DNA of 57,727 bases, filler included, from Sphacelaria rigidula (taxonomy: Eukaryota): assembly GCA_964200075.2 (NCBI GenBank). It is 8 parts of 8 records of this genome, joined end to end, with 100 filler letters (N's around TTAATTAATTAA, not from the genome) between each part and the next. Parts side by side here need not be neighbours in the genome. Positions count along the whole stretch, not along the records: positions 43,373 to 50,500 come from CAXNAA020016349.1; positions 50,601 to 57,727 come from CAXNAA020016350.1; 6 more parts are not named here. One strand, given 5' to 3'. Of this stretch, positions 48,276 through 57,727 are shown piece by piece; position 1 is the first letter of the stretch, and each line of letters opens with the position of its first letter. The notes beneath the pieces were generated by a model that saw only the letters and a program-made list of their open reading frames with translations, was not told where the DNA came from and did no database searches. A program made the translations under genes and the position numbers.

Positions 48276-49744
48276 CGAGCTGGGCCAGCCTAGACACGGA
48301 TTTGAGCTCTCAAAGCAATATCTCGTCGACACGGACGAGTTGGGGCATGACCCACATGTCGTATGAATCGTCTAACCAAGGGGAAAGTGCCCATCTGCTG
48401 AAAAAATTGGGCCCATGTTTTCTCGTTGATTTAAACCCCATGTCTAGTAAACACAAAAGCTTTGGCCTGTTTCGGTTTGTTTTACAAATGTGTGCTATAA
48501 CTGAGCTGTAGTAGGTAAAGCTCGGATACAATCAAGTGCTGGATAAAAGTGTGCTATTCTGGTCTGTCTTATTTGCTCGTTGTCTCCTTTGTGAAACACT
48601 GGGATCAGCCTGCGCTGCTGAGCTGAGTTAGCAAACAACGTACGCAGAGGTCTGAACCTGGAACAATCTCGGAGTTAACACCATTATAACCCCCACAAGG
48701 TGCTTTCTCCCCTTTTCACATCACAAAGGGAGATAGCGTCCATACTAAAATCTCTATGAAACCCCCGATCGATGCATTCAGCGGATGACGACGAATTTTG
48801 GTGTGGGCATTCCGTGGAGCACGGGGAGACGATAGATACCCTCACCTTCACCTAATTCGTAATCTTCCTCGAGATATGGCGCACAAACGTTTTCATACTA
48901 AAATCAGTATATCACGAGCAGATGCGCTAGATTATTAGCTGAACCTGGATATTGCGTCTCAGTTTTTGAGAGTTATGCTATAAACTTGGGTATGGAGAAC
49001 CGCTAGTGCAAGGTAAAGCTTATTGTAAACACAGCTTTTTCATTCTTTTTGGTTTTTGTTTCATTTTTTTCCGGTTTTTGGGGCAGTTTTGAGGAGAAAT
49101 GAACACTGCTTTTGGGCCTTATCTCGATTTTTCAGCTCAATTTTTAAAATTGTAATTTGAAACTCAGCATGGAGTACCACAGAGGTATGCAAAAAAAAAA
49201 AATGAGCCGTCACTTTTTTTTTTGGAGAGATTCAGGCGTTCTCGTGAAAAATGGTCTTCACCAGACTTAAACGCCCTACACCAATGAAGAAAATTAAAAA
49301 AACGATATCACCCACTTTGTTTTGTTGATTATGCCCTAGCCACGCCTCACGCAAAGTTTCAATACACAAACACCAAACGTGGGTCGGTAAATGCTCTGCA
49401 AAATACTGTTCCGAATTTAATCTGACCCTGTCACTAAACAGCCCATTATACGGCCAATACTTGGATTTGGACCCTGAACTTTGGTATGGACAATGAGTTG
49501 GGCATAATAAAAAACTTACTGGCGCACACAAAGGTTATTTTTCATGAGTTAAGGGCAATAATCAGTTTTCAGATATCGGTAAAATGCCCCTAGTTCATGG
49601 AAAAAAGAAAACCTGTGTGCACCAGTAATTTTTTGTTATGATGCCTTAATCACTGTCTATACCAAGTTTCAGGAAATTACTCCAAGTATTAATCGTACAA
49701 TGGGCCTGCAAACTGCAGAATCGCTTCTCGGCTGGCCCAGCTCG
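48276..49744. mobile_element. Non-autonomous Tc1/mariner-type element (1469 bp), TA-flanked
   Basis: Perfect 15-bp TIR CGAGCTGGGCCAGCC / GGCTGGCCCAGCTCG with TA on both sides. Internal palindrome at ~49440-49706. No ORF. Homologous to 21688-22416. Confidence 0.85.
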
Positions 49745-50500
49745 TACATGGAGTGAATATATACGCTTGTCTATAAAAAAAGACAATCAATCATTAACTA
49801 TAGTCTGCATATGTGTACAGAAACGTTCCTAAGATCCATTCGTACTCGACGAATAAACAAGAGTGACTCTACCCTCGCATTTTGAATCCATTTACTGAAA
49901 CTATCAACATCCTCCCACATGGAATCAATCTGCTAATAAACGCAACCACGATCAACATGGAAATCACAAAAAGTACGTTACGGCCGAATTCATCGCTGTC
50001 AATCTTTCCAAATCCACGGTGAAGTCCTACTTTTGTCGAGTATTTTCTGTAACTTTCCTCAACTTTTCATAGAACAACCTGCACAAAAACTTGCGGACAG
50101 ACTTCCCACAAAAGTCACCTGCATATACCGTGCGTCGCACAGTCTACAAATTTACATCACATTTTTTTTCCTGAACACAAATCAGGAATGACAAAATTCT
50201 GATACTGTACCACTATCTACTTTTTATCGGCTCCTTCCTCCCTTCTCGAATATCTCCAGTTTATACCACAGCAACATATGCTTGGTCAGGGGAGGAAATC
50301 ATTCAGTTCTTCCTTCCAGCTCCGATAACAAACTCAAAGCAATGACCGAGTATTTAGTACTCAAAAACAATCATAACTACCACAGCACACAGTGCCTCCC
50401 TCGCTCCAAACACTCTTCATAATATGATATATACATCTAAAAATCCAAAGTTCTGGCGACCGGGACAGTACCTGTTAACAGCCGATTTTCGAAAATGGGG

Positions 50501-50600
50501 NNNNNNNNNNNNNNNNNNNNNNNNNNNNNNNNNNNNNNNNNNNNTTAATTAATTAANNNNNNNNNNNNNNNNNNNNNNNNNNNNNNNNNNNNNNNNNNNN
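50501..50600. other. Artificial 100-bp spacer
   Basis: N-run with central TTAATTAATTAA. Confidence 0.98.
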
Positions 50601-52122
50601 CCCCCCCCCCACCTCTCCGCTTGGTTATTGATTGCGAGTCTGGTTCGGCAAATACCCGGCAAGCTCTGTCTTGGCTTTGCAGGGATGCGAGGTCCATGGT
50701 CATATGACTACGGCATGCAAGATCATGAGTAGCCTCCCCCCCCCATGTGACAAGCCGTTCAATCTCAGTGTTTGTCTGAACTGCGGTGGCCGCGAGCTGT
50801 GCCGTTGGAAAACGTTTTCGGAATCAAGCGGTAGCAAAATCCTCGGACAGTTTGTGGTCATTTCAATAAAGCACGTCGAGTTCGAAAAAAGCATCATGGG
50901 GACGTCATCACTCTGACGCACATCGGTAGCCCCCCAGCACTACATACAAGGTATCTAAGATACTCCTACACAGTTTCGGGGGAAGCACGTTTCCCCTCAC
51001 TTTTTTGGGCAACCTCGCTTTCACTCAAGTCGACAATACCCTGCACGATCCAAGGCCTCGTCTATCGAAACACAGACATCGGAGCAGGATCTCAACGACA
51101 TCTTTGCCTCGGTGCGGCTTTTCGGCGTTACGCGTACAGTAGCACCACTTTATCTCGGCAACACCAACGCTGAATGTTATGTTGGCGGGGGGTGTCTAAT
51201 ATGCCCTTTCAGTGCGTCTCGTAAGACGCCTGATTTCACGCGTCCACGAAAACATGGTAGGTGATTGCATGAACATCGCCTGGTGATGTAGCGGCACGAC
51301 ATGTCACACCTACCTGCTGCACTAACCAAGAGAAAAGAAAGAAAACATGGCCCGCTTGTACGTATACGATAATTGATGCTGTGGGTCACACATGCGAATA
51401 AAAAGAGCTAAAATTGGCATGGAAAATAAAGAAGAAGGCAAAACAATGAGTGGACGCTTTCACTTCGACGAACTACACATTTTTTATACGTAGATTAGCG
51501 CAAATCCAACACACCGGAAACATGCTTCATGACAGCGACAATACGTACATATATATATATGAAAATAAACTTACGGCATGGAAGCGCTGGCCTTTAGTAA
51601 TTCTGAACTAATCAGACAAATGTCTGGTGAGTGGGTGACGCATTCAATGTGCTTCGGATGTATCGGTCCAGCAATCGAGGGGAGCGTGCGAAGCAAGAAC
51701 GTGTAGCGGGGGGGAGAAACTTTCACCCGTCGATACTACGGACGTCACCCTGGGTAGGGGGCGGACGGCAACAGTAGGACAAAAACAGCGACAAAAGTCC
51801 AATGTAGATCGTCTTGAAACCCATCTATCGACGAGAGTAAAAGGCAGATCAGTCATACTGAATAAATTAACCACATTAGCCACTCGCAGGCAGGGGTGCA
51901 CAACCAAAACGCTCGTCGTAGCAGCAAAAGCAATGAAGGGCATACCTCGAGTACTTGAAAGTAGGTGGTGCTGGCAACGGACATCTCCTTCAAAGAGGCT
52001 GTCCCTAGGCCGAGGGCAGCGAGTCTTAGGGGTAGAAGGGCCACCACTCCAACACGTCGCTGTAGACAGCGCAAACACCCACAAAAAACAGTCCGGATCA
52101 GAAACATTGTTAACAACAACAT

Positions 52123-52126
<4 letters not shown>

Positions 52127-52153
<27 letters not shown>
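52127..52153. repeat. (AGC)9 microsatellite
   Basis: Read directly from the sequence. Confidence 0.95.
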
Positions 52154-53033
52154 CCAGTAGCCACTACAGTGACCAACACAAACATCATCACATGAACATC
52201 ACCAGGCGATGAAATGCAGCAACCGCATCGGCAACCGTGCGGGAAACACGAGGAGGGGGAGACGAGGGATACGGAGGACAGCAACCAGTTTGATTTCCTC
52301 CACAGCTATCACAGCGTAGGACCGCCATTCCTAGCGACGCGCCACATTAAACAAATCATTGTGTCGTTCGTAGTCGCACACCTATTTCCACCAAGCATCT
52401 CACCAGTACACAGACATAGCACCACGGGGGATGCGAAGAGTGTACCAGTTAGCAAGCATTAAGTCAGCGACCCATACAAGCCTCAGTATGACGAGGATGG
52501 GCCACTCTCCGAATGATGAGGATTTGAAACGTTTCAACTATGGGATTTCGTACTTTTTACGATACGTGACACCCTCAGGCGATGAATATACTCGCCATCC
52601 TGGACTTGCTCGAAACGTAAGGTCCTAGTGATACTGACTGTTGCGCTCTGGGACAGCTGTCGTAAAGACTGATGAAAGTACTACTTCGGTACTCCAGAAT
52701 ACCAGGTAATTGTATCCTACATAATACTCAGACTCGGATCCGGGTCCGGACTCTACCCTACCCGAATTCATGAGGTCAAGGTCGAAAAATAAGAGGTCAC
52801 CCGACCGTGTCAAATGTACCCCATACACCTAAAGTAGGCACTCACCTGATCTGCCTGGCTGAGCAGCTCCACGTCTTCGATCTTACACAACCTGTTATCC
52901 TCTTCATCGCCTCTTTTCAACACCACACTCTCCTGTCGCCATCATGAAACAATTTCAACGCACAGCGGCAGTGTCAGCGCTCGCATTGGTGTTTGACAAT
53001 CGCTGCGGCTATCAGGGAGCCTGCAAAAACGTT

Positions 53034-53197
53034 CAAGGTGGTTACGCTAGGGTGCCGTACTCTGAGCACCCGGAAAATGCAGGGTACTTACGTACAACCG
53101 TACGGTACAGACCACGTAAATGTGAGAATTTCAGGGTACCTCTAGTACGGAACACCGCAAGATACCCGCACCCGTACCCGTATCCTACCTAGCCTTG
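53034..53197. mobile_element. Possible small hAT-related MITE
   Basis: CAAGG...CCTTG ends with AGGGTAC/TACCCG motifs like the element at 40757-42673. The putative 8-bp flanks match at only 5 of 8 positions. Confidence 0.35.
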
Positions 53198-56100
53198 ATC
53201 ACCTTCGCAAATCCTGCATGTTCAAAACGCCAAGGAACCATCGTGAAAACTGGAGTACATAGTTGTTGTGAAAGCTACGGGCTTAGGTTTAGGGCTACGA
53301 CCAATTGTCCAACTGACTTATCGACCTTGATCACAATATTTGACGAGAGATGAGGGTGAACCTCTCAAGATTACGAGCTCCTCCTGGTGAACGGGGGCTG
53401 CAGAAGTGCCAAAAAATGAACCAATACCGTAAACCTTCGTCCTGATCGCGCAATCAAAAATACACCAACAACGCCGAGTTAGGGTCACACTCAGGCACGG
53501 GACTTTGTACCGAGAAAATCGAGAATATCGGAAATATTTGTTCTGCAAGCACAGGCACCTCGAAAGGTAACGATATCGTGTGCGGTAGCGACAATCTTGT
53601 TCATGGGGAGATTATCGCCGACTTGAAGCACTGAACAAGGGCCGGGGTGCTACATTGGAGTCTGCACAATACACGTAATACCGCAACACAGCACAAAAAT
53701 GGCACCAGCGGATTCTGCCTGGTGAAAATTGCCTCCACTACAAAACCCTAGAAGGGGAGCTGTACTATCTTGTGGTGCCAGCAGCAGTAGCCATCATCGC
53801 ACACAGCGTTGGAAGCAGGGTCACTCATCCGTCACGCGGGAATAAAAAAACGTTGTGATCGAAGCTATCAGAGCTAATGGTCAACGTCAGCGGTGTTGAT
53901 TCGTTGCGTCATAGATCGACGATGGTGCGTTGGTCAAGTCGGAGGAGTGGACTCGGTGCATCGTAGAACAAAGATCAGGAACGATTCACGACCATTGACA
54001 GGTTAAGCTCGTACTTTCAGGGCCGAGATAATACATAGCCTGTAGTATGACATCGCGGAAGAATAACTCACCCCTTTTTGGTCGTACGTAACAATGCTCA
54101 GCTCCTTGCCCCGCCTCGCGACGAAAGTCCTGTCAAAACGGCATCAAAACAAATGTAACGAAAAACTCGGCGTTACAGTGAAAATCTGAAATAAATAAAA
54201 CGCACGAGTGCCAGTTGACGTGCCGAACGTACGTGAGACTTACGCGGCGTATACTTTGCATCAAATCTATTGAAATACGTAAAAAGCGCGTACGACAGAC
54301 AGTTAGTTTTGTATAACGATCACTCTGCAACACGAGCAACATCATAACCGCTACGGGATGTAGTGCAGGCACCATCCAGAGCAGTTACAGCACACAGTTC
54401 TGCACACAAGAAACACGCCTGACGTGAACCCGCAACATTCAATATCACTCTCAGCATCAGGGCAATTCAGCATAGCTTCAAACCATGTCTGCATCGTACA
54501 AGAGAAGGGAGGCCACCTGCCCTGATTCTGAGGTATTTCAACGGAATCCCATCGGCACCAAATGTCACACATCGGCCCCCAGTACACTACACGGAAAATG
54601 TGAAGACCAACAGGATGGGTTGAACGCTGTTCATGAGTCACGGATTGGTGCCCGCGGGACACGCGGCGTGGCGCCGTCAACAGTTGTGCCCCCTATAGGC
54701 AGAGAGGAGCTGGTCAGCTGGAGCGTCGGGGTCATCATCGTTGAAGGTTGGCGGGAAACATATTCCGAAAAGAGGCGTGGCGCCAAAGGTGGGTACTGTT
54801 CCGAGATCTTTTTCCGCTAGAGTTCCCGAGACTTTTGGAGAAATGGCTGTTGAAGGCGCACGTAGACGGACACTGGATAGACATGTATGGCTAGTGAGAG
54901 AGGTGCCAACTCAAGGAATTAGTAAAGAAGTGAAGAGCACACTTCGCCATGGTTTCAGGGAGCTGGGCGCGAATTCTCCCTGTTTCATTAATCCCGTTGT
55001 GTGTACTACTACTGCAACATCTAGGGGTTCATGACTGACTACAGCACTCCGCGCGACATGATCGTCACGAAGATTGTCTCGCTGCGATGCTAGCACGGCA
55101 AGATGCTGCTGGCCGTGACTTATGAAGAACATGACGCGCTTCATACGCATGGCGGCGGCTTTTCTTACAGAGGCGTTGTCTCTGAATCAAAAACGACTAC
55201 TCCAAACACCTCAATTAGCCCAACCCCGCTGACTCATATCGTCCAATGAGTGGTCGGGCGATCCACCGGGTAACTCCTTGGGCGTCGAATGCCACAGATC
55301 GCCTCTGGATTAACTGCTCTTCGCAGAGGGGTAAGAACAACTGTTGCCACAAGCCCAGCTACACCATGAGTGCGTATGGTACGTAGTGTAGAAGTACCCC
55401 CAGATATTTCATGCTGTGGCTGTTTACGTTCCTCCGTGCATGTCCACGACAGGTCCCGTGATCGAAACACGGTGCGCCGTGTACATCTACCTTCGACAAC
55501 TGGACGTGCCTCTCTTGCGGTAGTGCTGCTGCCCCTTGCTTGATTGGGTAGGTGCGCGGCGTTGGTGCTTTGGGCAAGGTCTGCAGTGTTGTCAATACAG
55601 CGTTCTGCTAGTGATGGTGCGAGAGTCATAAACAAATCGGCCAGTCACAAGCCATGGAAACAGTCACAAGCAGCACTGTGCTGTACTGAGTGGCACACAT
55701 CACACTACGGAATGCTGTACATGTACAAACCAACAGAGAGCATGCCTTCGTGCAGAAAGCATGCCTCCGTGTGGATCCACGACAGCATAGAAAACGCCCC
55801 TAGCATTGGCTGGGGTCTGCTCAAAGACGAGAGATGACAGACAATAGTTAACCCGCTTTACACCTTGAACACATGTGAAACGTCGAAAGCAGCCGCCTTA
55901 CATATAATCCCGCCCTAGGTATTGCCGATAGGAACGAGTCCAGACACCGTACCTGATACGAAACATCCAGCTACTCCGTGAGTTACGGCTGAAAGTGAGA
56001 CCAATTCAAACTGCGTAAATTATACATTCGCTGCAGAGGAGGCGTGCAAAATGGAGCAGCAATGACGACTGTGCTTGGAAATCAAACTAAGAAATACGTC

Positions 56101-56389
56101 AAGGACAGTATTTCCCGATAGCTGAGTCGCAAACTGGTTCGACGGCCTGGTTCGCCTTGTCTGGTTCTCGTGCGGCCCCCTCACTGGAAGCCATGCGGCA
56201 GGGAACTGCTCTAGTTTTTTTCCCTCGCTATGCCGTTGTTTTTGTCCTCTATCCTCTATTTTCTTTCCATATTTTCACCTTTCTCGAGTTTGTTTCGCGA
56301 GTCTTGTGATTTTCACCCATCTATATCTGACACGCCTACTTACAAGCCCAGATTGCCCCTCTTGAACACCGTCGTCTTCCATTTTTGTC

Positions 56390-57672
56390 CGGGCGATGTG
56401 AAAAGATGTGCGGTACTTCCATGTTACGCAGATAAGGAGAAACCAGTAGGCTTCGTGTGGAAGTGGAGAGAAGTAATTGCCTATCGTAGACCAGTATACA
56501 TCCCTTGGCGTAAATATATCAGAAAAGTGTTCTTGGGATGCATACATAGAAATGGCAATGAGAAAGGGCAAGGTACAGATTGGCAACATGGACGCGGTCC
56601 TACGATACTCGCACCTCGGTTCTAGAATTGAGATATGTATTCTGATGAATGTGATTGTACCAAAGCCAGAATATACAGGAGAATAATGGAAAGAGAAGGC
56701 GAAGTTGGTGAAGCAGCGGGAACCAGTACAGATGACAGTAGCTGAAGAAACACTTGAATGCTCAAAAACGACGAGTAATGAAGTAGTGTTGAGAGCAAAC
56801 TTGGAAATATGCCCGCTGTAAGCAAATGGTAACATGAGAAAATTGAAGTGGAAATACAACGCGAGGAACATCCCAAGTTAGAGGTTGCCAGCCATAGTTG
56901 ATAGGTTTATACGGAAGAAAGGACGAAAGGGTAGGCTGGAACTAGATGGAATAGCGTAGTCGAGAAAGTATGGAAGGACATATGTGGAGACCAAGACGAG
57001 ATATTGTCCATAGGTGAATGCGGTATAACACAAAAGGAAACGGAACGAAAAAAATAAGGGGGAAACGGGCGCTAAGATGGAAAATGGGCGAGGAAGGGCA
57101 CCTCAAGATTTTCCGGGGGTTGAAGGAAGGGATAGGGATGAACACATATCTGCACGGCCCAATGGACTATGGGAGAAAGTTGAAACCATGATTCCGGGTG
57201 GGGGACCTGAACCTGCCAGGAAAAAGAAAGAGGTATACCAGTAGTCGGGTGGAGGTAGTGGATGTACATAATTGACCCTGTGGCAAAGCAATAGGGTAGA
57301 ACTCATTGAGTAGGAGAATGTGAACTATAGAAGAAGGAACGGGACACGTTACAGGTGGTTGTGTGGGAAGTAAACAAAGGTGGCATAAAATCGTTTGGTA
57401 CATTACATAGGGTCGAGAAAATGATCGCTACACAAAGAAATAGATGGTGGGCAAGGACGACGAAACAGGAAAGAGATAATATATGTAAGATGTTTTGTGT
57501 AATACAGTGGTACAGTATATGGACGAAACTCAGTGTTGCAGTGAGCGGCCAAAATTTGGCAGTGTCTCTTTTGGGAATAGGAATGGTGCTCCATCTTTAA
57601 GGGGATGCGTGGTCAATGGTCGAATGACGAAGGCAAGCAACATATGAGTACGTCCCCCTCCCCCCCCCCCCC
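56390..57672 (+). mobile_element. 5'-truncated, decayed LINE (end of RT, C-terminal Cys/His region, 3' end with C-run)
   Basis: VKRCAV, LPIVDQYTSLGVNIS..CSWDAYI (post-RT YLGV motif), ILMNVIVPKPEY, GIGMNTYLHGPMDYG and a PCGKAI zinc-finger remnant, with many stops. A further partial copy starts at ~57685. Confidence 0.85.
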
Positions 57673-57727
57673 GTGTACACGGGTGGTTGAGATAGGGGAT
57701 AGGGATGAAAGCATATTTGCATAGCAC

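Noticed and set aside
50601..56380. Numerous 60-146-aa ORFs in the last piece
   Set aside because: No recognisable motif, consistent strand or splice-supported structure; treated as intergenic/intronic, although small exons cannot be excluded.

Overview
This is eukaryotic, transposon-rich DNA. The style of its LTR, LINE and MITE families suggests a brown alga or related stramenopile (inference from recall, no database search). The window is not one contiguous locus. It is eight pieces of 7127-7129 bp joined by seven identical 100-bp spacers (44 N + TTAATTAATTAA + 44 N), so adjacency across spacers has no biological meaning. Main contents: (1) a full-length but decayed Ty3/Gypsy chromovirus-type element (29770-35656) with both LTRs, gag, PR, RT, RH, IN and chromodomain, but no tRNA-type primer site; (2) an internally deleted Copia element (2146-4550) and a CACTA-like MITE (4744-5123), both inserted into a ~300-bp tandem repeat whose empty sites are visible in neighbouring units; (3) further Copia, Gypsy and LINE relics; (4) a 1.9-kb hAT-type element with a perfect 8-bp TSD; (5) a TA-flanked Tc1/mariner-type MITE family; (6) two tRNA-like SINE heads; (7) a few probable host exons (Hsp70-like N-terminus, a type II membrane anchor) and a Cys-rich orphan frame. 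The strongest unexplained structure is four consecutive long fold-backs at 14537-16836: three ~370-445-bp palindromes sharing a motif, then a 755-bp hairpin with no TSD and a splice-acceptor-like site in each arm. I found no CRISPR array, rRNA, bona fide tRNA or intact multi-gene system. I cannot confirm a new biological system from this sequence alone; the findings are candidates ranked by interest.
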